A stretch of 64,000 nt of DNA, taken from the NCBI GenBank assembly GCA_965200315.1, contig OZ241362.1, positions 2,176,001 to 2,240,000 of the forward strand, given 5' to 3'. Below are positions 8,866 to 18,729 of this stretch, in pieces (the first letter of the stretch is position 1; each line of letters opens with the position of its first letter). The stretch comes from Candidatus Latescibacterota bacterium. GTDB lineage: Bacteria > Latescibacterota > UBA2968 > UBA8231. A model generated the notes under the pieces. That model made no database searches and was not told the origin of the DNA. It saw only the letters and a list, made by a program, of their open reading frames with translations. The position numbers and the translations under genes are program-made.

Positions 8866-9987
8866 TTAATGTGGATCGCCCACGCGCCAGCGGTGCTTTT
8901 CCACCCCATCCATGTCAAGCTCTATCCCAAAACCCGGGCCTTCCGGCAGCACAATGCAACTATCCTCCACTCGCAGCGGCTCGGTGATAATCTCGTCCCG
9001 CCACGCAATGCCGGTGACGAACTCCATGGGGGCCACATTCGGTATGGAGGCCATCAAATGCGCAGCTGCGATGATGCCGACCGGGCCTTTGGTGTTGTGC
9101 GGCGATATGGGAACGTGAAAGGTATCGGCAATGGCCGCGATTTTGCGCACCTCGGTGATCCCACCGGCGTACATCAGGTCGGGTTGTGCTACATCAATGC
9201 CATCTAGGTCCAACAATTGGCGGTAGTGGCTCTTGGTATTGAGCCGCTCGCTGCCCATGACCGGAATGGAGATTTCCCGCCGCACTTTTGGATAGGCATT
9301 CAGATCGTCCGGCGGCACGGGGTCTTCAAACACGTATAGATCGTACGACTCTATGGCGCGGGCCAAGCGGATGCACTGGGCCACCGTGAAGCGGCCGTGG
9401 CAATCGATCAACAGCTTGGCATCCGGCCCCACCACTTCTCGCACTGCGGCGAAGTGCTCTGCCGTCTCTGTCGGATGGCCGTCGTCCGCGTACTGACCAA
9501 AGTCGTGCCCGCGCCGCGACCGCGCTCCGCCCTTGAGCGCAGTGTACCCCTCTGCTACCTTTCCCCGCGCCATGTTCGCCGAATCCTCGGGCGTGGCACC
9601 GCCAAAGTGCGTATAGACCTCGACTCGGTCGCGGAACTTGCCGCCCAACAGTTCGACCACCGGCAGGTTCGCCACCTTGCCCTTGATGTCCCACAGCGCT
9701 TGGTCAATGCCGCTCATGGCGCTCATCCACACGGGACCCGCCATGCGCCAGATGCCGCTCAGCGAGGAGCGCAGATAGAGCTTGTGCCACAAGTACTCGA
9801 TGCGCGCCGGATCTTCGCCGATCAACTCCTGTTTGAGATGCTCGACCGCAGCTACGACCACCGGCTCCTTTTGGGAATACGTGGCCTCTCCCAAGCCCAC
9901 GAGGCCCTCGTCGGTAAAGACCCGCACAATCGTCCATTTGCGGCCCGGCGAGTCGATTAGAATGGTATCAATATCGCGTATTTTCAT
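8866..9987 (-). CDS. Enolase-superfamily acid-sugar dehydratase (mandelate racemase/galactonate dehydratase DgoD-like)
   Basis: GLGEA, SGIDQALWDIKGK, DCHGR, FEDP, GSERL, QPD and PHN motifs; start taken at MKIRDID. Confidence 0.88.
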   Translation of the reverse strand: MKIRDIDTILIDSPGRKWTIVRVFTDEGLVGLGEATYSQKEPVVVAAVEHLKQELIGEDPARIEYLWHKLYLRSSLSGIWRMAGPVWMSAMSGIDQALWDIKGKVANLPVVELLGGKFRDRVEVYTHFGGATPEDSANMARGKVAEGYTALKGGARSRRGHDFGQYADDGHPTETAEHFAAVREVVGPDAKLLIDCHGRFTVAQCIRLARAIESYDLYVFEDPVPPDDLNAYPKVRREISIPVMGSERLNTKSHYRQLLDLDGIDVAQPDLMYAGGITEVRKIAAIADTFHVPISPHNTKGPVGIIAAAHLMASIPNVAPMEFVTGIAWRDEIITEPLRVEDSCIVLPEGPGFGIELDMDGVEKHRWRVGDPH

Positions 9988-10196
9988 CGGTTCCCCATTT
10001 TTTTGCAAGATAGGCCAGCATGAAAACTCAATATATTAGTCTCATGGATTTACTCAAGGCGTTTCTCGACTCACAAGCCTGTATTGACCATTTTGTCAAG
10101 CTGTAGTGGCCAGACGGCATAGCCTGCCCGGATTGCGAATTAGAGAAGATTTATATCTGTAAGCGGTGTTTTTGTTGTGGGGATTGCAAGAACAAC

Positions 10197-11270
10197 TCAG
10201 CGACGCAGACGACCGTTTTCAAGCAAACAGTCGAACACTTCTTGCGCCACAGTGCTAGCTACTTCTTGGTAAAAATCATCGAGAACAGGTGCCTTGTCCA
10301 TCTCAAAAGCCGTATTGACGGCGTGCCACTTATTCAACACCTCTTTGTCCTCAGACACATCCTTCATCACCAACAGCGCGGCGGTGCTTAGCTTGAATTG
10401 TTGCTGGTTGCGATCCTTGCCGACTGAGTACGAGTTTGCCACGTAATCCAAGGTATAGCGAGCGTCCTCAATAGATGCGATATCCGTAGTCCAATAGACG
10501 CGCCTGAACCGTTTGAGCTCGTCCAAGAGGGCCGGTCGAATGGACTCATGCAGTGCAAGGAGCTTTTCCTTTTGTATATCCTCCTGACGCGAAGAGGTCT
10601 TAAATATCTTGGAAAAGGTCCTGTCGTCTATAAATACAAAGTGGCCCAATATGCGACCTTTGTGTCCTTGCTTGATAATTTTACTGGCCTGTAAGTCCCC
10701 ACTATTGCTCGTCTTCACCAACACCTTAAAGGTTCCAGTCGGGGCGTTTACCGCGCCATCATCCGCTACCGGCTCTTCCGCCACCGGCGATCCGACGAAT
10801 GGAACTAGCAGTGCCGCGGTATAATCCAAGGCTTGGAACTTGAGCAGCTTGCTTTTGCCCGCCGCTTGCGCGATCAGCGGTTCCAACCCAACACTCTCTT
10901 CTTTCTTCAACAGGTCGCCGGCCATATCCACGACCCGCACCAAATACGCCTTGGCTTCGCGCTCGGAAAAATGCTCCCCGTGCAGCGCAAAAAGTTGTTC
11001 GCCGAGGGCCGTGGATTTCTTGCAATGAGTCTTTAAGTCCCGCAATAATGAGACCAAAGAATCCCGGCTCACAGCAGCCGACAATCCAGACGCGGTACTA
11101 ACATCCGCGACGAACTCGTCCAACGTTCCCTTGTCGTCTCGCTCCATGCGGTCGCGCAACTGATCCAAAGCCACGAGCACAAAACTCGTCTCCTGTGCAG
11201 AAGCGGCCAAAATACTCGATGCCATGGAGAAAAAGACGCAAATAGCAAGGCGACACCATGTGTTATTCAT
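10197..11270 (-). CDS. Secreted hypothetical protein
   Basis: 357-aa ORF with signal peptide, starting 15 nt downstream of the DUF6785-like gene; no recognisable family. Confidence 0.65.
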   Translation of the reverse strand: MNNTWCRLAICVFFSMASSILAASAQETSFVLVALDQLRDRMERDDKGTLDEFVADVSTASGLSAAVSRDSLVSLLRDLKTHCKKSTALGEQLFALHGEHFSEREAKAYLVRVVDMAGDLLKKEESVGLEPLIAQAAGKSKLLKFQALDYTAALLVPFVGSPVAEEPVADDGAVNAPTGTFKVLVKTSNSGDLQASKIIKQGHKGRILGHFVFIDDRTFSKIFKTSSRQEDIQKEKLLALHESIRPALLDELKRFRRVYWTTDIASIEDARYTLDYVANSYSVGKDRNQQQFKLSTAALLVMKDVSEDKEVLNKWHAVNTAFEMDKAPVLDDFYQEVASTVAQEVFDCLLENGRLRR

Positions 11271-11285
11271 CTATATATCCTCTTG

Positions 11286-13271
11286 TCAAATCTGCGTCAG
11301 AAAACTGCCCACATGCCCGGTAATGTAATCGGCCACCAGCCACGCGCCGGCCGCGGCCACTTCCCCGAGGATCAGCCCTAAAAAAAACGGACGCAGGCTC
11401 CGATATAGCCGCGGCCCCCCATACTTGAGGATCACTAGCTTGAGCAGCCAAGCTATGAGCGCACTGGCAAAAATGTGGCCGGTCTTCCAGTTCGCGCTGA
11501 TGGCGTAGCCGAGCGGATTGAGAGGCCACCACAACCAATGGTGCCGCACCCACATCAGCACGGCCATCACCCCGCCGCCAATCGCCATAAAAGACCAAGC
11601 GTCGAGTCTTGGGCCGGTCAATTCCGCCGCAATGCGCGGAGCCATGTCCTTGGGGCCGTACGTAGCGGCTCCCCAACCAAAAAACAGGCCGTTGAGATTG
11701 ATGCCGCCGTATTTGTACGCCAACGCCATGGTGACGTACGAAGAGCCGACCAAGCTGACCACAATGGCGATGATCACCGCCCAAAACAGCCGCCGCTTTC
11801 CGCCCTTGATTACCTCGCTCATCTTCAGGCCATTGGCGACCGACGACATGACAAACGAGCGGATCTCCGAGTGCCAGCCATAGGAAAATCCCAAGGCCAC
11901 CAAGCCAGAAGCCCCCAAGCTCGAAGCCCCGGCACCGGAAATCACAAAGGTCGAGGTCATAATGGGGGGGCGCATCGCCGGAATGCCTCCTTCGGCGACC
12001 ACTCGTGTCAGCCCCAAAAACAGCACCATGGCCCCAAAGATAAACAGCGCCACGCCCAACGGCGGCAACCCAGCCATCCACAGCCCCAACCCCACCAAAC
12101 CGAGCGACGCCAACAAGCCGAAGGTAGCCTGCCGGTACGACATAATTTCGTCGGCATCTTCTACATCTAAGTCGCCGTACCACGCTTTGCGCCACACGGC
12201 CTGCAAGTGCCCGCGCGACACCCACAGCCCGATCAGCACGAAAACGATCATCGCCCCCATGCCTTGGTGGGCTATGTACGGCTCCCGCGAGTACAGATCC
12301 ATCCGCTCTGTGCTTTGCAGGCCGAGGACGTTGAAGACGCCCCGTTGCACTGTGGTGAGGATGTAGAATACCCAGATGGACGCGGAAATATCCAAGTTGA
12401 CGAAGTAAAAGAAGCCAATCCAAGGCGGGCTAAACCACAAGTCCAAACGCACGGTATCGCGAAACAGGGGGAGCGACGCGGTCCGCGCAATCCCGGGCAC
12501 CTCCGGGAAATAGGCGTGCAATCCATTGACGCTGAGCAAGACAAATGCAAACGCAAACCCCAGCCACATCGCCTTATTGGTAAAAAACTCCCGCCCAATA
12601 GCGCGCCCTTGCTCGCGCTGAATCATTTCCATCGGCACCTGCACCAACGGATACGCCAGTTTCTCTCGATCTACCCATTGCTTGCGCAGGATGACCATCG
12701 TGCAAATCATCGCTGCGCTGAGCACCAAGAAGAACCCGTACCAATAGGTCAGCGGCAGCACCCACGCTGCCCAGGGAATGGTAGCCCCCTCGGGCAGCCC
12801 TTCAAAAAAGTAGCGCGCCACGTTTTCGCCGCGCGGAATCATCCACGTGGGGATGTACTGGTTGTATAAAAAGTCCCAGTTATTCTCCGGCGTCGCATAG
12901 TACGTAGAGCCGACCAGACAGGGAATGATAAATTGGGTAAACCCCATCCCGGGAATGCAGCAGGCGACCACCAGCATAATGTAGATGGTAATCAGTTCGG
13001 ATTGGGTCAGGGCCAAAGAGCGGCGCAGGCAGTACACGAGGCCGCTGGCAGGTACTAAAAAAAAGAAGAAGAATAAGGCGGCCGGCGTACTAAAATTTAA
13101 GGTCAGGTACGAGCCGCGAATGATGGTCGTGGCGTACGCGTCTAAACCATTGAGCAGCAAGGCAAGCACCGCGCCGAGCAGGATGCCCCGCACGGGGATG
13201 CCGGCGACATCCTGCTGTCCTTCCTCCTCTTTCACCCACTCGAGGTATGCTGGAGGAATTTGTTTTTTCAA
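11286..13271 (-). CDS. DUF6785/DUF6784-like polytopic membrane protein (putative OPT-like transporter)
   Basis: Many TM segments; YYATPENNW, LRKQWVDREKLAYPLVQVP, RVVAEGG, WWPLNPLGY and LYRSLRPFFLGLILGE motifs; paralogue of 37015-38955. Confidence 0.8.
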   Translation of the reverse strand: MKKQIPPAYLEWVKEEEGQQDVAGIPVRGILLGAVLALLLNGLDAYATTIIRGSYLTLNFSTPAALFFFFFLVPASGLVYCLRRSLALTQSELITIYIMLVVACCIPGMGFTQFIIPCLVGSTYYATPENNWDFLYNQYIPTWMIPRGENVARYFFEGLPEGATIPWAAWVLPLTYWYGFFLVLSAAMICTMVILRKQWVDREKLAYPLVQVPMEMIQREQGRAIGREFFTNKAMWLGFAFAFVLLSVNGLHAYFPEVPGIARTASLPLFRDTVRLDLWFSPPWIGFFYFVNLDISASIWVFYILTTVQRGVFNVLGLQSTERMDLYSREPYIAHQGMGAMIVFVLIGLWVSRGHLQAVWRKAWYGDLDVEDADEIMSYRQATFGLLASLGLVGLGLWMAGLPPLGVALFIFGAMVLFLGLTRVVAEGGIPAMRPPIMTSTFVISGAGASSLGASGLVALGFSYGWHSEIRSFVMSSVANGLKMSEVIKGGKRRLFWAVIIAIVVSLVGSSYVTMALAYKYGGINLNGLFFGWGAATYGPKDMAPRIAAELTGPRLDAWSFMAIGGGVMAVLMWVRHHWLWWPLNPLGYAISANWKTGHIFASALIAWLLKLVILKYGGPRLYRSLRPFFLGLILGEVAAAGAWLVADYITGHVGSFLTQI

Positions 13272-13314
13272 GGCCGTTTACCTCGATCATGGTTCAAATC
13301 AGTACCGATTCCTC

Positions 13315-13431
13315 CAGTAGGGACAGACACATACAGTAGGGACAGACACATAGGTCTGTCCCTACGAATATGTCGCCGTTTCCGTGTGAATGATTTATGT
13401 CTTCGTAGGGGCGAACCGATGTGTTCGCCCT
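13315..13431. repeat. GTAG-family REP-like palindromes
   Basis: 19-bp direct duplication CAGTAGGGACAGACACATA; palindrome GTAGGGACAGAC..GTCTGTCCCTAC; second palindrome GTAGGGGCGAAC..GTTCGCCC. Confidence 0.7.
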
Positions 13432-13502
13432 TTTATCCGTTCTTCTTAGATGAGTACGCCAGCTAAACAATAGGCCACCGATGTGACTTCGAGCCGTGCA
13501 AA

Positions 13503-16022
13503 TCAGTACGCGCTAGCCACGAGTTTGGTGATCGTCGTTTGCTCGCCTTCGGCATCGACCTCCACGCCGACTCGGCACAGATACAGGCCCGGCCGCGTCA
13601 GGCGGCCCAGATCGTCTCGCCCGTCCCATGTCAAACGCTGCACTCCGGCGGCATGCGCCACCACCGGAGCCATTTGCCGCACGCGCTGGCCGTCTAAGCC
13701 ATACACCTCTAGCACCAACTCCTTGGTACCCTGCACAGCGAACACCGGAAACACCAATTCCACCACGTCGTTGATCCCGTCCCCATTGGGCGTAAACGGA
13801 TTGGATGACGCGATCACCTCGCCCAACAGCCCGCCGCTAAACGGGGTCAACACCTGCAAACTGCGGCCGGCACCGGCATCCACCCGCTGCCATACCCGCT
13901 CATCGCCTTCGCCCAACCCCACCTGCACGGCAAACGCATTGCTGGCGAGGTAGAGCACACCGGAAAATTGCAGCGCCACGAACCCCTCTCCCTCCGCCAC
14001 GGGCGCGGGTAGCTGCACCCACAGCGAATCGGTCCCGGCCTTTACCCGCGTGACTTCTTCTGGCCCGTAGCGCACCCGCTCCGCACCCACAACCACTTCC
14101 TCCAGATCGACCGCCGCCCCTGACGGCAACACCACTAGTACCTGGTCGAAGCCGCGATTGTCGGCTCGGAACTGCGGCTGCAAAGACAGCGTGAAAGTCG
14201 TGCGCTCCCCGCGCTGCTGAGTCTGACGCGGCTGCACTTCGCCTATAACTTGGCTAGCCAAAGGCCAATCCAACGCAATGTGCATCCGGCGCAACAACAC
14301 CCCGTGGCCGGGGTCGTCCGAGCGCAGCGTGGCCTCCACTATGGAGTAGCGGCGCGGGCTTGGCGAGGTAATCGGCGCGCCCGTGGCCGTGTAGTACGGA
14401 CTCCAAGAGCTCCAGTCGGCACCGGGAACCACCGAGATAGTCGAATCGCCCCGCTGAAAGCTGAGCAACTTGCGATATCTGGCCTCGGTCACCTCTTTTC
14501 CGGCCTTGGTGAAGTAGTGGATTTCCTCGTCGAGCTGGTTGCCAGTGCGCGTACGAAATTGCACTTGGGTGCCCGGAGGGGCGTCGGCCGCCCAGTGAAT
14601 GGAAGACAGGATGCGGGGATCACTGCCCAGTTCCATAGGTGCCGATTGAAGCGTCACCTGCGGCAGGAAACCGCGACCGTAGAGCTGGAGCTCGCGAATG
14701 CCGGAGTTGGCCCAATTCGGGACGATGAGCACGCGGTAATCCATCTTGAAGTAGCGCGCTCTAGTGAGCGGAAAGGCATTGTCCTGATAAAAAATGTGGG
14801 GGAACAGCCCACTGAAGCGGCCCGGCTCTATGTCGGCGGTTTCTCGCATGGCCAGCGCAACGTAAGCCAAGCTGCCGTCCGGGTTGCGCTGGCCATTCGA
14901 GAGGTTGATGGCGTAATTGGGAAACGCGCCGGTAAAGCCGTGAGCGATGTTTTCGCGGTCAAAGCCGATGACCACTCGGCTGATCCAGAACCAAGTCCCC
15001 AAGTCGAAGAGGAGCTCGCGGTCGAACTCCACGTCGATGTGCTCGACGCCGCTGACGCCCACTTGCTCGGTCCACACGGTCTTGTAGTCGCCGTCAATGG
15101 CCAAGCGCTCCGTCCCGGTGTTGCTCGTGCCCCCGATCAACCCACCCCGGCTCAGCGAGCCCAAGCTGATATTGTCGCCCTCGGTCCACACCTCCACCTC
15201 GGCCAGCCGCGGCCGCTCCCGTCGATAGTACTTTATCGGGCCAGCGCGTGACTCGCTCAGTGCTGAGTGCTGGTCTTGGTCAATCGGCCGCAAAACGCCC
15301 GAGGACTCGCGCAAGAAATAGAGCACATCGCCGCGTTCTTCCTCTGGCAAGCTGTTCCAGCGGCTCTCGCTGACTTCGTGCCCTTGGCCGCGCGCACTAG
15401 CCGTGGCCACGATCTGGACGAACTGGAACATGTCGCCGACAAAGCCCGCGTCCGCTTCCTGTGCAGGCTTCAGATCAAACTCAAAGACGCGCTGAGTCTT
15501 GTTCAAGCCCTCGCTGCGGCCGGCCTGCGTGAAGCGGATCGCCTTGCTCTGGGAGAAAGCCGGGAGGCCGTTGGACGTGAGCACCTTGAACTGCAAGAAA
15601 GGGTCGCCCATGCCTTCCGGTGCGAATTTCACCACGATCTTGCGCGCCCACACCAAACGGCCCAAGTCGATCTCGACCCACCAATCGCGTAGGGGCGCTT
15701 CTACATCCGGCTCCCAGAAGGTATCCTCTTGGCCGTCTATGACATTCGCGGCCTCAGCTAAGCTAGTGCCCGCCGACCGGACCCCACCCTGTACGCCTTC
15801 TCCGGACACAAAATTCGGAGCGTCTAGCACGGCGTTGATTTGCTCGCGGATGCGGTGCGGTCGCACCCCTTCTGGGCCCAATTGCACCGTACCTGCGGCT
15901 ATCTCCCATTCCGCCCAGTCGCCCTCGTCAACGGCAACCCGGTCCAATTCGAGGCGGAATCCCTCGGGCCACGCCGCCGCCGCGATCAGCAGGGCGCAGG
16001 CAATGAGCCACAACCGAGTCAC
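13503..16022 (-). CDS. Secreted discoidin-like / FlgD-Ig type B CTD-like protein, long form; close paralogue of 6290-8770
   Basis: Same motif series; ends ASAY. GTG start at 16022 overlaps the upstream stop (GTGA) and gives signal peptide VTRLWLIACALLIAAAA. Confidence 0.8.
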   Translation of the reverse strand: MTRLWLIACALLIAAAAWPEGFRLELDRVAVDEGDWAEWEIAAGTVQLGPEGVRPHRIREQINAVLDAPNFVSGEGVQGGVRSAGTSLAEAANVIDGQEDTFWEPDVEAPLRDWWVEIDLGRLVWARKIVVKFAPEGMGDPFLQFKVLTSNGLPAFSQSKAIRFTQAGRSEGLNKTQRVFEFDLKPAQEADAGFVGDMFQFVQIVATASARGQGHEVSESRWNSLPEEERGDVLYFLRESSGVLRPIDQDQHSALSESRAGPIKYYRRERPRLAEVEVWTEGDNISLGSLSRGGLIGGTSNTGTERLAIDGDYKTVWTEQVGVSGVEHIDVEFDRELLFDLGTWFWISRVVIGFDRENIAHGFTGAFPNYAINLSNGQRNPDGSLAYVALAMRETADIEPGRFSGLFPHIFYQDNAFPLTRARYFKMDYRVLIVPNWANSGIRELQLYGRGFLPQVTLQSAPMELGSDPRILSSIHWAADAPPGTQVQFRTRTGNQLDEEIHYFTKAGKEVTEARYRKLLSFQRGDSTISVVPGADWSSWSPYYTATGAPITSPSPRRYSIVEATLRSDDPGHGVLLRRMHIALDWPLASQVIGEVQPRQTQQRGERTTFTLSLQPQFRADNRGFDQVLVVLPSGAAVDLEEVVVGAERVRYGPEEVTRVKAGTDSLWVQLPAPVAEGEGFVALQFSGVLYLASNAFAVQVGLGEGDERVWQRVDAGAGRSLQVLTPFSGGLLGEVIASSNPFTPNGDGINDVVELVFPVFAVQGTKELVLEVYGLDGQRVRQMAPVVAHAAGVQRLTWDGRDDLGRLTRPGLYLCRVGVEVDAEGEQTTITKLVASAY

Positions 16023-16732
16023 GCGACCCTTTCCTCCCCCACCTGCTGACACGCCGCGATGAATTCCTCGGCCGTGGTGGTATAACCGATCAGATGTTCA
16101 AAGTTGCGCAGCGTGATCCGGTTGATCCAACCGCCTTCCGGCAGGCTGTCGTCTAGCGTGTCGGGCATCTCGATCGTACCGGGAGCGTTTGAACAATCGC
16201 GCAACAGAATGACGCGATAATTCCTCCCCACGGCTTCGGCGCAGGTGTAGTGCAAGCAGGCCCGCCGGCTGTAGCCAACCACGAACAGCGTCTTAATCCC
16301 ATAGCTACGCAAGTGCTGGTCCAAAAAGGTGTCGTGGAAGCCGCTCCAGATCCACTTGGGGAAATTGCGCTCGCCCTCGCGGGGCGCCACGCAGTCGAGG
16401 TATTCGGGTTTGTATTCCTGTCGCGCCCAGTTTGCAATGCCGTTGTCGCTGTCGCCGCCCTTGGTCTTGCCCCAGATCTCGCCCACGATGTTGCCGGGGT
16501 CGGCCACTAGGCGCAGGTCGTTGTGGACGTAGTTTACCAGCATCCCGCCGGCGCGGGCGGCTTGCAAAGCCGGCGCGATAAAGTCCTTGGTCGTTGGATT
16601 GGGCGAGCACCCATCGACATCCACTAAGAGAAAGGCGCACTCGGCGAACTTCAGGGCTAGGGTCTCGTACCCATAGTCGTATCCGCCGGGATAATCCTTG
16701 TAATAGCGAATGGGGATTTGAATGTTGGCCAT
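16019..16732 (-). CDS. Isochorismatase-family cysteine hydrolase
   Basis: LLVDVD, FPKWIWSGFHDTFLDQHLRS and GYSRRAC give the Asp/Lys/Cys triad; ATG at 16732 with AAGGAGG RBS. Confidence 0.85.
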   Translation of the reverse strand: MANIQIPIRYYKDYPGGYDYGYETLALKFAECAFLLVDVDGCSPNPTTKDFIAPALQAARAGGMLVNYVHNDLRLVADPGNIVGEIWGKTKGGDSDNGIANWARQEYKPEYLDCVAPREGERNFPKWIWSGFHDTFLDQHLRSYGIKTLFVVGYSRRACLHYTCAEAVGRNYRVILLRDCSNAPGTIEMPDTLDDSLPEGGWINRITLRNFEHLIGYTTTAEEFIAACQQVGEERVA

Positions 16733-16746
16733 AGGGGCCTCCTTTT

Positions 16747-18717
16747 TTAATAGACCACGGCGACGGTTCCCGCTAGCTGATCGCCGCCTTTTTCTGACTC
16801 CACCGATAGGCGATAAACATACAGGCCCGGAGGCACCCGCTCGCCGCTTTCGTCCCGGCCATCCCAAGAAAAGCGCAGGCCACCGCTGTGCTGTTGCCCG
16901 TCGTGGATTACCCGCAGCGAGCGGCCGGACAGATCGAAGACAGCGAGGCGCAAGGGCACCTCTTGGGTTACCTGTAATAGCTTAAAAGAGAAGTGGATCT
17001 GCTCGTTTATCCCGTCGCCATTGGGGGTGGCAATTTTCGGCTGCACCTCCAGATCGTCTAGTAGGCGACGGGAAATCGAGGTGCGGACCGTGAGTACCTC
17101 GCTCACTATCTCGCTCGCCGCATCGCCGCGATTGATAGGTTGCGCTAGCTCCAAGGGGCGCTGCGAGTCCCGCACCCAGCCGCGAAAGGTCGTGCCGTAG
17201 CGCAGCACTGGAGCGCGAAAAAACACCTCGATCACTCCGCCGGAATCCCCGGATGTACGCGGGGGAAACAAGGCGACCGCAAAGCGCAGCGAATCCGGCG
17301 AGATATGCACGGCAAAGCTATCCAAGCCAGTGGCTTGGACCGAATCCACGCTAGCCACGCCAAAGGGCGCGGCAATTTCTACGGAGTCAAAACCCGAGTG
17401 CTGTGCGCGGATGATGGGCTGAATGGCATACCTAAACGACGCGATCTCGCCCAGAGCAACCTCGGGGGGATATATTTCGCCCAGCACCTCCTCGGCCAGC
17501 GGCGGCTTGGTCGCCGAGAATTCGATGAACTCTAGCTCTCCGCCTTCACTGCCTACGGGCAAAAAATCGACCCGCAGTTGCAAGACCGAATTGGGGCCGG
17601 GCGAGGCGATGGCAGTGCCGCTGCTGTCGGCGAACGCATAGGGCGACGACCAGAAGCTCCAGTTGTCAATGTCGTAGGTGATTTCGCCGGCCTCGCCCGG
17701 TTTGAGAAAGAGGTAGTCCGTAGCGTCGAGGGGCTGCCCTGCTTCGTCGAGCGACGTCACTTCATCGCCGCGGCCGGTGAAGCGCCAATACACGTTTGGA
17801 TCGAGATCCTTCCCGGCCCGCGATTGGATCCAGACGCGGGCGCGGGGATCCTGGCGGCCGCGCCAGCGGATGTCGCCCCACACGGCCGGCTCGCCGAGGT
17901 CGATAAATGGGCTGACGTACGATGCTTGGTGCGCGTAGCCCACGCCATAGACTTCCACTTCGCCGATGTGCAGGGCCTTGGGCGACGCACGGAGGAGCAA
18001 CAGCCCCACGCTGCGGGCGAGGGCCGGGGGAAAGCGCACGTCTATGGTGTCCTGCACGTTTTCGGGAAGCTCAAAGACGAGCTGGCCGCCGACGCGGGCA
18101 GCACCATACCCGGATACGGTGTCTTTCTTCTGCACACCTAAGTCGGCACTCACGTACAACCCGTCGGGATACAGGCCGCTCTCAGCGGCGACGACCCGCA
18201 CTCTGTTCACAAAAAACAGGCCGCCGAGGTCCATGGTAACGCGCCGCGATTCCAAGTAGCGCTGGCCCGTGAATCGGCTCTGAATGCCTGCCACCCATTC
18301 CCAGAACGTCGTTGGGTCGGCGTCGATCATGTTCTTGGACAGATCGGTGATGGAATAGCTCGCTACCCCGCTCACCCGCACGTAAGGCCCCCCGTTCCGC
18401 TCGGGACTAGTGAGAGCGATATTGGTCGCCGGCGTCAAAAGGATCGGCCGCAGCTTTCCGGCGGTGAGGGCCTCGGTGTCGAGGCTTTGCTCCTCCTCAA
18501 AGTCGCTCCAAGACAATTGATGGAAATTCACTCCGGCCTCGCTCGGGCGGGGCAGGTCCTCGCCGCCGATGCGATAAAACTCCACGGCCCCGCTCCTTTC
18601 TAGGGCGAGCGCGGCGAATGCGAGGGCTAGTAGCGTCCTTAAGTACGCGACACCCGCTCGAGCACATCTTCGTGCGGGCTTCTGACCCGGCCGCAACCGT
18701 AGCGTCCTTTTTCTCAT
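16747..18717 (-). CDS. Secreted discoidin-like / FlgD-Ig type B CTD-like protein, short form
   Basis: MIDADPTT, MDLGGLFFVNR, SPFIDLG, WSFWS and TPNGDGINE...WDGRD motifs; ends AVVY. Confidence 0.78.
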   Translation of the reverse strand: MRKRTLRLRPGQKPARRCARAGVAYLRTLLALAFAALALERSGAVEFYRIGGEDLPRPSEAGVNFHQLSWSDFEEEQSLDTEALTAGKLRPILLTPATNIALTSPERNGGPYVRVSGVASYSITDLSKNMIDADPTTFWEWVAGIQSRFTGQRYLESRRVTMDLGGLFFVNRVRVVAAESGLYPDGLYVSADLGVQKKDTVSGYGAARVGGQLVFELPENVQDTIDVRFPPALARSVGLLLLRASPKALHIGEVEVYGVGYAHQASYVSPFIDLGEPAVWGDIRWRGRQDPRARVWIQSRAGKDLDPNVYWRFTGRGDEVTSLDEAGQPLDATDYLFLKPGEAGEITYDIDNWSFWSSPYAFADSSGTAIASPGPNSVLQLRVDFLPVGSEGGELEFIEFSATKPPLAEEVLGEIYPPEVALGEIASFRYAIQPIIRAQHSGFDSVEIAAPFGVASVDSVQATGLDSFAVHISPDSLRFAVALFPPRTSGDSGGVIEVFFRAPVLRYGTTFRGWVRDSQRPLELAQPINRGDAASEIVSEVLTVRTSISRRLLDDLEVQPKIATPNGDGINEQIHFSFKLLQVTQEVPLRLAVFDLSGRSLRVIHDGQQHSGGLRFSWDGRDESGERVPPGLYVYRLSVESEKGGDQLAGTVAVVY

Positions 18718-18729
18718 AGCCTCAGCCCC

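Noticed and set aside
6290-16022. Diversity-generating retroelement or retron as the source of paralogue variation
   Set aside because: No reverse transcriptase in the window, and the differences are indel-rich rather than adenine-specific.
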